64,000 bases of DNA. It comes from an uncultured Chloroflexia bacterium (lineage in GTDB: Bacteria > Chloroflexota > Limnocylindria > Limnocylindrales > CSP1-4). The stretch covers positions 41,978 to 105,977 of the forward strand of contig CAVYCV010000008.1 of NCBI GenBank assembly GCA_963767165.1. Direction: 5' to 3'. The translations under genes and the position numbers were made by a program. The notes under the pieces were generated by a model. It was given only the letters and a program-made list of their open reading frames with translations. It did no database searches and was not told the DNA's origin. Of the stretch, positions 9,124 through 18,456 are shown piece by piece. Within the stretch, counting starts at the first letter, position 1. The number at the start of each line of letters is the position of its first letter.

Positions 9124-11424
9124 TCAGTGGATCGGGTACGCCTTGCTGGTCTTCTGGGAGTGCCCGTCCTTGTCGAGGGCCTTCGCCTTGAACGTGACCG
9201 TCCCGGCCGAGCCGCCCGTCTTGAGCCTGACCGTCGCTCGGTACTCGTATGCGGCGACCTTGGTCATCGCGACGCTCCAGGTGGCCTTGCCCGGCTGCTT
9301 GATGTACAGCCGCGGCTTCGTGGAGAGCTGCTCGGCCGAGGTCACCGTCACGGTGACCTTCTGGCCACGCTTGGGCGTCGCGTCGGACGGCTTGATCCCG
9401 AACGCGTTCATCGTGAACCCGATCGCCTGGCTGACCGTGCCGGCGCCGTCGGTCGCAGAGACGACCGAGCTGTACGTGCCGACCGGGAGCCGCGTGCCGT
9501 TTGTCCGCCGGCCGTCGTAGGTTCGCGTCCAGCTGCCGGCGGCCGTCGGTTGCGCGTCGAGCAGGGTCGCCACGACCGCGCCGGCCGCGTCGTTGATGGT
9601 CCAGGTGACGGTCGCGGGGACCTTCAAGGTGAACCCGAGGGTCGTGCTCTTGGCGAACCGGTCGTTGTCCTGTGGGTAGAAGAGCTTCTTCGAGCTCGTG
9701 ACGAAGCCCAGGGTCGTCGCGACGCGGATGGTCCGGTCGAGGGAGCTGCCCTGCGTCCCACTCGAGTCCCGTGGATAGAACCGCATCGTGTAGAGGCCGT
9801 CGGCGACGACGTGCCCGCCATCGTCCTTGCCGTCCCACGTGATCGTGGCCGCACCAGCAGCCTCCGACACGGTCGACGTGCGGATGTGCGTGCCTTCGCC
9901 GTCGAGGACGCGCCACACGATCGAGCCTGACTCGGCGGTGGTGGCCGTCCATGAGGCCGTGTCGCGTGAGCCATCGCCGTTGGGCGCGAACCAGCGGTCG
10001 GTGCTCTCGTCGGGGGTGACGGAGGTGAGCTCGGCAGGGACGGTGTCGATGGTGATGGAGTCGGTCTTCGTTACCGGCATGTTGCCCCACGCATCCTCGG
10101 CGAAGACCTCATACGTGTAGGCACCGTCGGGGTACGGGGTGGCGCCATCGAGTCCGCTCCAGCTGACATCGAAGTCGTCGCCGGAGCCAGTCGTTTCATG
10201 GAGCACCGCGTTCGCGGCCCCGAGGACCCGCACGCGCCAGTCGACCGACTCGGAGAACCGTCCGCTCAGGTGCGCGATATCGAAGCGGCCGTCGCCGTTG
10301 GGCGAGAAGCGCCCGCCGAGCGTGTCGAGGGCCCAGACCTGCGGCCCGCGGCTGTCACGGGGCAGGAGATCGGTCGTGGACATCCAGCCGTGGATCGATG
10401 CGTCGTCGATGCCCTCCACCCGGACGGCGCCCGTCCCGGTCGAGGTGGTCACGTTGCCGTTGGCGATCGTCCGCAGGCGCGCGCCGGCCGGCACCGTCTG
10501 GGGCGGCTGGCCGCTGCCGCCGTCGGGCGTCAGGGCCGCGTCGCCGTACAGGCCCGCGCCGGCGGTCCCGACCTCGGCGTTGCCCGGCACGACGAGCGTC
10601 GTGGGATCCGTGCCGGTGTCAGCGTACGTGGCACCGGTGACTTCGTCGGTCGTGAGGCCCGGTCGCGCGACGAGTGAGCGGTAGTAGCCGCTCGATGCGC
10701 CGTCGGTATCGGTGTAGGCGGTCGCGCCAGCTGTCCGGGTCGAGGGGAAGGCACTGGCGTGACCGTGGAAGTTCGGTGCGCTTTGCCAGAGCTCCTCGAT
10801 CGTCGCGTGGGTCGTGAAGAGGCTCCGGATGTAGGGCACGACGCTCCCATGGCCCTCGGCGATCACCGCCTGCGCGCCGGCCTTGAGGAACCCGGCCGCG
10901 AAGTTCGAGACACGCTTGCGGGCGGTGGTGACGCTCGGTGCGGCGTCGCCCGGCTCCGAGTTGCCCGAGGCGTAGCAGAGGTGGTTGAGCAGGATGACCG
11001 CGTTCGGCGCGAGATCGAGCGTCGAGACGTACGGCTCGCCGTAGTACTTGGTGTTGGTGTCACCATGCCCGGCTGTGGCGTTGAGGCCGAAGCCGTCCTT
11101 CGTCGCGTACTTCGGGTCGTAGGTGTAGGGACTCGGCCAGCCGTTGCCGTGGCCCAGGTACAGGACGATCGAGGCACCCGTGACCGCGGCCTTGACCTTC
11201 GACCACGTCGCGTTCGGGCTGTAGACCTTGACGACGTTCGAGGTGTACTTGATCGCCTCGGCGTATGCGGCATTCGCGTCTGCGCGGTAGGACGATGTCG
11301 CCCCGTGGGTCGGGCCGACGATGATCACGACCTTCGGGCCCGCCGGGGCAGCACTGGCCGCGGGCGCGAAGGCGCCCATGACGGCGAGCATGGCGAACAC
11401 GAGGATGGCGACTGACCGGCGCAA
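9124..11424 (-). CDS. secreted putative caspase-fold cysteine peptidase (clostripain/gingipain-like His-Cys dyad) with FlgD Ig-like repeats
   Basis: Signal peptide. LYLGHGNGW and LLNHLCYASG motifs. Several SPNGDG-type Ig-like repeats. Confidence 0.4.
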   Translation of the reverse strand: MRRSVAILVFAMLAVMGAFAPAASAAPAGPKVVIIVGPTHGATSSYRADANAAYAEAIKYTSNVVKVYSPNATWSKVKAAVTGASIVLYLGHGNGWPSPYTYDPKYATKDGFGLNATAGHGDTNTKYYGEPYVSTLDLAPNAVILLNHLCYASGNSEPGDAAPSVTTARKRVSNFAAGFLKAGAQAVIAEGHGSVVPYIRSLFTTHATIEELWQSAPNFHGHASAFPSTRTAGATAYTDTDGASSGYYRSLVARPGLTTDEVTGATYADTGTDPTTLVVPGNAEVGTAGAGLYGDAALTPDGGSGQPPQTVPAGARLRTIANGNVTTSTGTGAVRVEGIDDASIHGWMSTTDLLPRDSRGPQVWALDTLGGRFSPNGDGRFDIAHLSGRFSESVDWRVRVLGAANAVLHETTGSGDDFDVSWSGLDGATPYPDGAYTYEVFAEDAWGNMPVTKTDSITIDTVPAELTSVTPDESTDRWFAPNGDGSRDTASWTATTAESGSIVWRVLDGEGTHIRTSTVSEAAGAATITWDGKDDGGHVVADGLYTMRFYPRDSSGTQGSSLDRTIRVATTLGFVTSSKKLFYPQDNDRFAKSTTLGFTLKVPATVTWTINDAAGAVVATLLDAQPTAAGSWTRTYDGRRTNGTRLPVGTYSSVVSATDGAGTVSQAIGFTMNAFGIKPSDATPKRGQKVTVTVTSAEQLSTKPRLYIKQPGKATWSVAMTKVAAYEYRATVRLKTGGSAGTVTFKAKALDKDGHSQKTSKAYPIH

Positions 11425-11562
11425 GACGACTCCAGCGAGGGACGAGTGGATGCCCTCACCGTGGTCGCGGGGTCGCGCACCGACAATCGCAGGATGGTCC
11501 GGGCCCTCGTAGGCCCATCGGGGCCGCCGCGTGCGGTCCGGTGCGGTGCGGTTGGGTCCGGT

Positions 11563-12162
11563 CTAGTCGGCCGTGTCGCGCAAGCGCACCAGAAGGTCCG
11601 CCAGGGGCGGGTTCGAGCGGTCCCGGTCGGACAGGATCGGCCGACCGTCGGGCGTGCCCGGGGCGGTCGGCCAGGGCACGCCGACGGCCGGGTCGTCCCA
11701 GGCGAAGCCACGTTCATCGCTGCCGTCGTACTCGTTGGTCACGAGATACAGGAGCGCAAGCGGCTCCAGGGCCAGGAACCCGTGAGCCACGCCGGTCGGG
11801 ATGACGACCCACTCATCCTCGGCCAGCACCCGCGTCTCGACACTCGGCGAGGTGCTCCGGCCATCGAGCATCGGGCGGATGTCGACGAGGGCCACGAACG
11901 CCCGTCCCGAGGCGACGACCCAGTAGTCGAGCTGGCGTTCATGGCAGTGCAGCCCGCGCAGCACGCCGAGCGCGGACGTGGACAGGTTGGCCTGGACGAA
12001 CGTGGGTCGCGTGTCGGGGCCCACACCCGCGTCGCCCGGGTCGATCGACCCGAGAACGCTCGCGCGCCAGAGCTCGCGGAACGATCCGCGGCGGTCCTCG
12101 GCCCGCGCGACCGCGCCGAAGCGGACGCCCGGCAGGACCGACGGCGCGCGTTCGATGCTCAT
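11563..12162 (-). CDS. rmlC: dTDP-4-dehydrorhamnose 3,5-epimerase
   Basis: RmlC cupin motifs (RGLHCHERQLDYWVV...GVAHGF). ATG overlaps the rmlD stop (ATGA). Confidence 0.8.
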   Translation of the reverse strand: MSIERAPSVLPGVRFGAVARAEDRRGSFRELWRASVLGSIDPGDAGVGPDTRPTFVQANLSTSALGVLRGLHCHERQLDYWVVASGRAFVALVDIRPMLDGRSTSPSVETRVLAEDEWVVIPTGVAHGFLALEPLALLYLVTNEYDGSDERGFAWDDPAVGVPWPTAPGTPDGRPILSDRDRSNPPLADLLVRLRDTAD

Positions 12163-13088
12163 CGCGCGACGCGCTCCCGGCGCCACGCCCGCTCGAGGGC
12201 CGGCGCGTAGTCGGCCATCGCGTCGGGCCACGGGCGCAGCGGCTCGCCCGACGGCAGGGGTGTGGCCTCGAGCACGCCCCATCGTGGCGGCACCGATGCG
12301 CGCTCCCAGGTGGAGCCTGGGACGTGCTCGACCGTCACGGGCGACGCGAACCGCCCGACGATGTACTCGGCCCACAGGGCCCGGGTGGCGGTCAAGCCGT
12401 TCACCACGTGATGGATCCCGGCGTGGGCGTCCTCGGCGAGGAGCGCAACGATCGCGTCGGCGACGTCGGCGGCGAACGTCGGCGTGCCCCACTCGTCGCC
12501 GACGACCCGCAACGGCTCACCGGCCGCGGCCGCACGATCGGCCGCCTCGAGGATCTTGCGCGGGAAGTCACGCCCCGGCGGCCCGAACAGCCACGCCGTC
12601 CGGACGATCCCGAGGCGGCCACGGCCCGACGACCCGTTGCCGACGCCATCGAAGGCGTCGGTCGCCGCCTGTTCGCCGGCCAGCTTCGACGCGCCGTACG
12701 GGTTCGACGGCGCCGGCGGATCGGAGGGGGCGTACCCGATGCCGTCGTGTCGCCGCCCGTCGAAGACCTCGTTCGTCGAGATCGCGACGAGGTCGATGCC
12801 GCGCGCGGCGCAGGCCGACGCCAGTACGCCGGTCGCGGAGCCATTCCGTCGAAGGGCGAGTCCCGGGTCGCGGGCGCAGCCGTCGACATCGGTCCAGGCC
12901 GCGGCGTGGACGACGACCTCCGGCCGGTCGCGGTCGAGGCGCTTCCCCACAGGCTCCGGGGCGTCGAGGTCGAATGCGCTCCGGTCCCATGCGAGCGGCC
13001 CGCCCGGACCGGTGAACGGCGCGTCCGCGAGTGCGGTCACGAGGGCGCTCCCGAGCCGCCCGGTGGCACCAGTCACGGCGACGCGCAT
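12159..13088 (-). CDS. rmlD: dTDP-4-dehydrorhamnose reductase
   Basis: N-terminal VTGATGRLGS Rossmann motif, SDPPAPSNPYGASK; start overlaps the rmlB stop (TGATG). Confidence 0.8.
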   Translation of the reverse strand: MRVAVTGATGRLGSALVTALADAPFTGPGGPLAWDRSAFDLDAPEPVGKRLDRDRPEVVVHAAAWTDVDGCARDPGLALRRNGSATGVLASACAARGIDLVAISTNEVFDGRRHDGIGYAPSDPPAPSNPYGASKLAGEQAATDAFDGVGNGSSGRGRLGIVRTAWLFGPPGRDFPRKILEAADRAAAAGEPLRVVGDEWGTPTFAADVADAIVALLAEDAHAGIHHVVNGLTATRALWAEYIVGRFASPVTVEHVPGSTWERASVPPRWGVLEATPLPSGEPLRPWPDAMADYAPALERAWRRERVAR

Positions 13089-14188
13089 CAGCCGGTCGGT
13101 CGATCGGTGGCCGTCGCGGCGGCGGCCGCGGCGCCGGCGGCTGCCTCTGCGCCCGCAAGCCGTGCCCCGTACTGGCGCTCGTAGTACGCGTCCCAGTCAC
13201 CCGAGCGCGTGGCGCGCCACCAAGCTTCGTTGGCCACGAACCAGTCGACGGTCGCGGCGAGGCCCTCGTCGAACGCCGTCTTCGGTCGCCAGCCGAGCGT
13301 CGCGAGCTTCGTCCCGTCCATCGCATACCGCCGGTCGTGTCCCGGGCGATCCTCGACGTGGCGCACGAGCGACCAGGGCTTGCCGAGGCGGTCGAGGAGC
13401 ATCTGGACCGTTTCGCAATTCGTCATCTCGGCACCGCCCGAGACGTTGTAGGTCTCGCCCGTCGCTCCGTGGCGCAGGACGAAGTCGACGCCGTCGGCGT
13501 GGTCGGCGACGTACAACCAGTCGCGACGCTGGAGACCGTCGCCGTAGAGCGGCAACGGCTGGTCGTCGATCGCGTTCGTGATGAAGAGCGGGATGAGCTT
13601 CTCGGGATGGTGGAATGGGCCGTACGTGTTCGAGCCGCGCGTGACGACCGCGTCGACGCCATGGGTCACGACGTAGCTCCGGACCAGCAACTCGCCGGCC
13701 GCCTTGGCCGCGGCATAGGGCGAACGCGGGGCGAGGGCATCGCCCTCATGGGCCTCGCCGGTGTCCACCGAGCCATAGACCTCGTCTGTGGAGACCTGCA
13801 GGAAGCGCGGCCGCCCCGGCGCGGCGAGGCACGCGTCCAGGAGCACGTGCACCCCGATCACGCCGGTCCGAAGGAACGCCTCCGGATCGAGGATCGAGCG
13901 ATCGACGTGCAATTCGGCGGCGAAGTTCACGACCGCGTCGGCTTCCGCGACCAACTGCGCGACGGTCGCCGGGTCGGCGATGTCCCCCACCACGAACGTC
14001 AGTCTCGATGCCTGCTCGGGATCGGCGCGCACCTGCGCCAGGTTCGCCTCGTTGCCCGCATAGGTCAGCTTGTCGAGGACGGTGATGTGCGTGCCGTCGC
14101 GTCGGGCGAGGACATCGCGGACATAGCACGAGCCGATGAATCCGGCACCGCCGGTGACGAGGATGCGGCGGATGTCGCGGCTTGCCAT
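13088..14188 (-). CDS. rmlB: dTDP-glucose 4,6-dehydratase
   Basis: ILVTGGAGFIGS, YAAAKAAGE, extended SDR family. Confidence 0.85.
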   Translation of the reverse strand: MASRDIRRILVTGGAGFIGSCYVRDVLARRDGTHITVLDKLTYAGNEANLAQVRADPEQASRLTFVVGDIADPATVAQLVAEADAVVNFAAELHVDRSILDPEAFLRTGVIGVHVLLDACLAAPGRPRFLQVSTDEVYGSVDTGEAHEGDALAPRSPYAAAKAAGELLVRSYVVTHGVDAVVTRGSNTYGPFHHPEKLIPLFITNAIDDQPLPLYGDGLQRRDWLYVADHADGVDFVLRHGATGETYNVSGGAEMTNCETVQMLLDRLGKPWSLVRHVEDRPGHDRRYAMDGTKLATLGWRPKTAFDEGLAATVDWFVANEAWWRATRSGDWDAYYERQYGARLAGAEAAAGAAAAAATATDRPTG

Positions 14189-14195
14189 GGGACCG

Positions 14196-14957
14196 TCAGT
14201 CCGTCGGCCGCTCGACGGGCGCCGCGAGCCGGCCGGCCGCGTCGTCGTCGCGGGCGAGCTCGGCGGCGCGCTGGAGCGAGGCGACGGTGCCCGCGTCCGC
14301 CCAGTGCCCGTCGTAGACGCGGCTGAACAGCCGGCCGCCCGGGACGTAGTGGTTCAGGACGTCGGTGATCTCGAACTCGCCGCGACCGGACGGCGCGAGG
14401 TGCTCGATGACCTCGAACGCATCGGGGCGCAGGAAGTAGACGCCGATCGGGATCAGGTCGCTCTTGGGCGAGGCGGGCTTCTCCTCGAAGCCGATCACCT
14501 GCCCGTTCGCGTCGAGCTCCGCCACGCCGAACCGTTCGGGGTCCGGGACTCGATAGAGCAGGGTGCCCGCGCCGTGCGGGCCCGCGTCGAACTCGGCCGC
14601 CACGTCCGCCAGGTCGCGGCCGCGGAGGATGTTGTCGCCGAGGATGCAGCAGAAGGAGTCGTCCCCGACGAACCGGCGGGCGAGCCCGATCGCATGGGCG
14701 ATGCCCAGCGCGCCCCGCTGGTAGCGATAGGTCAGGTCGAGACCGAAGTGGGACCCGTCGCCGAGCAGCTCCACGACGTCGCCGACGCTCTTGCCGCCCA
14801 CGATCACCATGACCTCGCGGATGCCCATCCCGGCGAGCGTGGCGATGGGGTAGTAGATCATCGGCCGGTCGTAGATCGGCAACAGGTGCTTGTTGGTGAC
14901 GATGGTCAGCGGGAAGAGCCGCGTGGCGGTCCCGCCGGCGAGGACGATGCCCTTCAT
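14196..14957 (-). CDS. rmlA: glucose-1-phosphate thymidylyltransferase
   Basis: MKGIVLAGGTATRLFPLT...KHLLPIYDRPMIYYPI motif. Confidence 0.8.
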   Translation of the reverse strand: MKGIVLAGGTATRLFPLTIVTNKHLLPIYDRPMIYYPIATLAGMGIREVMVIVGGKSVGDVVELLGDGSHFGLDLTYRYQRGALGIAHAIGLARRFVGDDSFCCILGDNILRGRDLADVAAEFDAGPHGAGTLLYRVPDPERFGVAELDANGQVIGFEEKPASPKSDLIPIGVYFLRPDAFEVIEHLAPSGRGEFEITDVLNHYVPGGRLFSRVYDGHWADAGTVASLQRAAELARDDDAAGRLAAPVERPTD

Positions 14958-15012
14958 CGCGCGGAAGCGTAGCAGGGGCGCCCGTGACGGACGCCGCCGC
15001 CGCCCGGCCTCT

Positions 15013-15193
15013 GAGTCGCCCAGCGGCGCTACTGACGAAGGAGGTCACTCTCGACCGTGGTCGGCCGCCTGATCGGTCGCCAGGCGACGTATTCGACGTC
15101 CCGACGCGGGCCCAACCGTGCCTTGGCCGTCGGATCGGTCGCTCAGCGACGAAGCGACGAGCACCTTCGACGGTAGCGTCGCCAAGCGACGAC
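15013..15193. repeat. 181-bp direct repeat copy 1 (contains SD-like GAAGGAGG and three GTCGC-N-GCGAC palindromes)
   Basis: Identical except 1 nt to 15935-16115 (coordinates +/-2). Confidence 0.8.
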
Positions 15194-15249
15194 CAAGAAC
15201 TGGTGCGCCCGGTGAGTGACGGTGAAGTGCGCCGGCCCATCATTGATCG

Positions 15250-15906
15250 ATGGCTACGCGGAACCGCCGACTCGATCGAGCGATGGCGACGTCGCGTCGT
15301 CTTGCGGCTGCGGCGATGTCCGAGATCCGTGATGCTCGGATCGCCAGTGGCCTGAGCCAGCAGGAGGTCGCCAAGGCCCTCGGGATGTCGGCAAGCCAGG
15401 TCGCACGATTCGAACGCGGGGCGTTGAACGATCTCCGACTCGAGCAACTCTGTCGACTCAGTGCCGGTGTCGGACTCGAGCCGAGCCTTCGCTTCTATCC
15501 GGATGGTGATCCCCTCCGAGATGCCGGACAGGTACGGCTCCTAGAGCGGCTCCGATCACGCTGCGCTCCCACCATGCGATGGCGCGTCGAGGTGGCGCTC
15601 GCCGGCCAGAGCGATCTTCGAGCGTGGGATGCGGTGATAGACGGGACCGGCTGCGTCGATGCGATCGAGGCCGAAACGCGGCTGCGCGATCTGCAGGCGG
15701 TGGAGCGCAGACTCGCGCGGAAACTCCGTGACGACGCGACGATCCAGCACCTGATCCTGCTCGTCGCCGACACTCGGTCGAATCGGCGAGCGCTCGCCGA
15801 AGGACGCGACGCGCTTCGGGCCCAGTTCCCACTCGACACTCGCGAGGCCATGGAGAACCTTCATCGCGGAGGATGCCCCGGCGCGAACGCGATCGTCTTC
15901 CTCTAG
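15250..15906 (+). CDS. XRE-family helix-turn-helix transcriptional regulator with C-terminal uncharacterised domain
   Basis: HTH_XRE signature GLSQQEVAKALGMSASQVARFERG. True start may be an internal Met (about 15283 or 15316). Confidence 0.55.
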   Translation: MATRNRRLDRAMATSRRLAAAAMSEIRDARIASGLSQQEVAKALGMSASQVARFERGALNDLRLEQLCRLSAGVGLEPSLRFYPDGDPLRDAGQVRLLERLRSRCAPTMRWRVEVALAGQSDLRAWDAVIDGTGCVDAIEAETRLRDLQAVERRLARKLRDDATIQHLILLVADTRSNRRALAEGRDALRAQFPLDTREAMENLHRGGCPGANAIVFL

Positions 15907-15934
15907 ATCACCAGCGGTGCCGCGGAGGGCGTCC

Positions 15935-16115
15935 GAGTCGCCCAGCGGCGCTATTGACGAAGGAGGTCACTCTCGACCGTGGTCGGCCGCCTGATCGGTC
16001 GCCAGGCGACGTATTCGACGTCCCGACGCGGGCCCAACCGTGCCTTGGCCGTCGGATCGGTCGCTCAGCGACGAAGCGACGAGCACCTTCGACGGTAGCG
16101 TCGCCAAGCGACGAC
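15935..16115. repeat. 181-bp direct repeat copy 2
   Basis: See copy 1. Ends 25 nt from the mreC stop. Confidence 0.8.
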
Positions 16116-16139
16116 ACGGCCGCGGCTACCGGCCGCGGC

Positions 16140-17105
16140 TCACGGCTTGGTCGTCGGCGCGGCCGCCGGCGGCGCCGGGGTCGGCGTGTAGCACGGCTGC
16201 TCGCCGACCGGCAGCGTGTCGCCGGTGCACTCGACCGGCTGCTGCTCGATCGGCGGCAGGCCGCCCTGGTAGTCGAGGATCACGAGGACGTATTCGAGCC
16301 GGTCGAGATCGGCCGTCGGCTGCAGGAAGGCGGTCTGGACGACATCGTTCGCGTCACGGCGGACGTCGACCACCTGGCCGATGAGCAGACCCTTGGGATA
16401 GGGCGAGCGGATGCCGCTCGCGAGGGTGATGCCCGCGGTCAGCACCTCGTCGTTGAGGCCCACCTGCGCACTCGAGTCGATCTGGTTCATCACGAGCACG
16501 CCCCCGAGCTGCCCGACCACCTCGCCGGTCGCGGCATTCGAGGCGATCTGGCCGATGACCGTCGATTCGGCGTCGGTCAGCAGCACGACCGTCGAACTGC
16601 CCGGGCCGATCTCGGTGATGCGCCCCGCCAGCGCGCCACCGGCCGCGATCACCACATCGCCTTCAGCCAGGCCGTCATCGGTGCCCTTGTCGAGGGTGAT
16701 CCGTCGTCGGAACTCGCTCGGCTCGCGACCGATGACAGAAGCCGCCGTCGTCTTGAAGTCGAAGCCGCTCTTCAACTGCAGCAGCGCCGTCAGCTGGTCG
16801 TTCTCGCGTTTGGTCTCCTGGAGGCGCGCGTTCTCGTCGGCGAGGCGCGCGTTCTCGTCGCGGAGGGCCGCGTTGTCGATGCGCAGGCGGTCGATCTCCG
16901 TGATCGCACTGCCGATCGAGGCGATGCCGCCGGCGATCGTGTCGAGCGCGCCCTGGATGGGCCGGAAGGCGAACCCGATCCCGTTCTGCAGTTCGCGGAT
17001 GCCCGGGTTCGACGAGAAGGCCATCATCAGGAGGGTGACCGCAAGGAGCACCATGTAGGCGATCCCGCGGCGGCGGGCGGAGCGGTTGGCGAGCAGCGAG
17101 GTCAT
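16140..17105 (-). CDS. mreC: rod shape-determining protein MreC
   Basis: N-terminal TM helix, coiled coil (ALRDENARLADENARLQETKRENDQL), MreC beta-barrel domain motifs. Follows mreB. Confidence 0.8.
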   Translation of the reverse strand: MTSLLANRSARRRGIAYMVLLAVTLLMMAFSSNPGIRELQNGIGFAFRPIQGALDTIAGGIASIGSAITEIDRLRIDNAALRDENARLADENARLQETKRENDQLTALLQLKSGFDFKTTAASVIGREPSEFRRRITLDKGTDDGLAEGDVVIAAGGALAGRITEIGPGSSTVVLLTDAESTVIGQIASNAATGEVVGQLGGVLVMNQIDSSAQVGLNDEVLTAGITLASGIRSPYPKGLLIGQVVDVRRDANDVVQTAFLQPTADLDRLEYVLVILDYQGGLPPIEQQPVECTGDTLPVGEQPCYTPTPAPPAAAPTTKP

Positions 17106-17130
17106 GCTCGTTCCCCTTGCTGGTGTCCGC

Positions 17131-18183
17131 TCAGCGAGGCGGCCGCGAGTACGTCTCGGCGACCAGCACGCGATCCATGCCGTCGAGCTCCTGGAGGACG
17201 ATGCCCGTCCCCCGGACCACGCACGTCAGCGGATCGTCGGCGATGTGGACGGGCATCTGGGTCGCCTCCGCGACCCGGCGGTCGAGGCCCGCGAGCAGCG
17301 CGCCGCCACCGGCGAGCACGATGCCCTGGTCCATGATGTCGGCGACCAATTCCGGCGGCGTCTCCTCGATCGTGTCCTTGACGGTGTCGACGATCTGCGC
17401 GACCGACGGCTCGATCGCCTCGCGGATCTGGTCGGCCCCGACCTCGACGCTGCGCGGGAGGCCGGTGAGGAGGTCGCGGCCGCGCAGCGTCACGCGCTGC
17501 GCGTCCCACTCGCCCGGGTAGGCCGAGCCGATCGCGATCTTGATGTCCTCGGCCGTGCGCTCGCCGAGGAACAGGTTGTACTCGCGGCGGGCGAACGTGA
17601 CGATGTCCTGGTCCATCTCGTCGCCACCGATGCGGATGGACCGCGACACGACGATGCCGCCGAGACTCAGGACTGCCACCTCGGTCGTGCCGCCGCCGAT
17701 GTCCACGATCAGGCTGCCGGACGGCTCGCTGACCGGGAGACCCGCGCCGATCGCGGCGGCCATCGGCTCCTCGATGAGGCGAGCCCAGCGAGCGCCGGCG
17801 TTGAGGGCCGCGTCGCGGACGGCGCGCTTCTCCACCTCGGTGACGCCCGACGGGATGCCGAGCAGCATCCTCGGGCGCGGGATCAGCCCGATCCGGTCGT
17901 GCACCCGGTTCACGAAGTACTTGATCATCTGCTCGGTCACGTCGAAGTCGCTGATGACGCCGTCGCGCAGGGGCCGGATGGCGATGATGTTGGCGGGTGT
18001 CCGGCCCACCATGCGCTTCGCCTCGGCCCCGATCGCGAGAACCCGCCGCGTCTTGGCGTCGATCGCCACGACCGACGGCTCGCTCATGACGATGCCCCGG
18101 TCGCGCACGTGGACGAGCGTGTTCGCGGTGCCGAGGTCGATCCCGATGTCGCGGGAGAAGATGCCGAGGATGCGGTCGAACAT
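17131..18183 (-). CDS. mreB: rod shape-determining protein MreB (actin homologue)
   Basis: MFDRILGIFSRDIGIDLGTANTLV..., DIGGGTTEVAV. ATG has an upstream GAAGGA. Confidence 0.9.
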   Translation of the reverse strand: MFDRILGIFSRDIGIDLGTANTLVHVRDRGIVMSEPSVVAIDAKTRRVLAIGAEAKRMVGRTPANIIAIRPLRDGVISDFDVTEQMIKYFVNRVHDRIGLIPRPRMLLGIPSGVTEVEKRAVRDAALNAGARWARLIEEPMAAAIGAGLPVSEPSGSLIVDIGGGTTEVAVLSLGGIVVSRSIRIGGDEMDQDIVTFARREYNLFLGERTAEDIKIAIGSAYPGEWDAQRVTLRGRDLLTGLPRSVEVGADQIREAIEPSVAQIVDTVKDTIEETPPELVADIMDQGIVLAGGGALLAGLDRRVAEATQMPVHIADDPLTCVVRGTGIVLQELDGMDRVLVAETYSRPPR

Positions 18184-18456
18184 GCTGGGAAGGAGTCCTT
18201 CGTTGATGCGATCGGGGCCACGGCGCGGGCACCGCCGGCGTCCGGGGGCGGGTCGCGCGGGCGGGCGGGAGGCTCGGGCAGTATACGCGCTCGTTCCGGT
18301 CCGGCCGGTCGGGATCAAGTGAGTGGCGCGGCCGTCGTGCCGCTCGGTCGGGCATCGGGCCTCGCAGCGACCGCACGGGTGGGCGCCGGAGCGGGATTTC
18401 CCCAGGACGCGCAGACTCACGGGGCGAACGGGCACGCGCCGGGCCACGCCGAACTC

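Noticed and set aside
11425-11562. GGGCC-CTCGTA-GGCCC hairpin and GGTCCGGTGCG-like repeats after rmlC
   Set aside because: Could be a terminator of the rml operon, but the stem is short, there is no U-tract and GC-rich DNA forms such hairpins by chance. Not listed as a feature.
15873-17336. 487-aa plus-strand ORF covering the second direct repeat and antisense to mreC
   Set aside because: Antisense to a well-supported mreC. Its N-terminus is just the repeat sequence read in frame.
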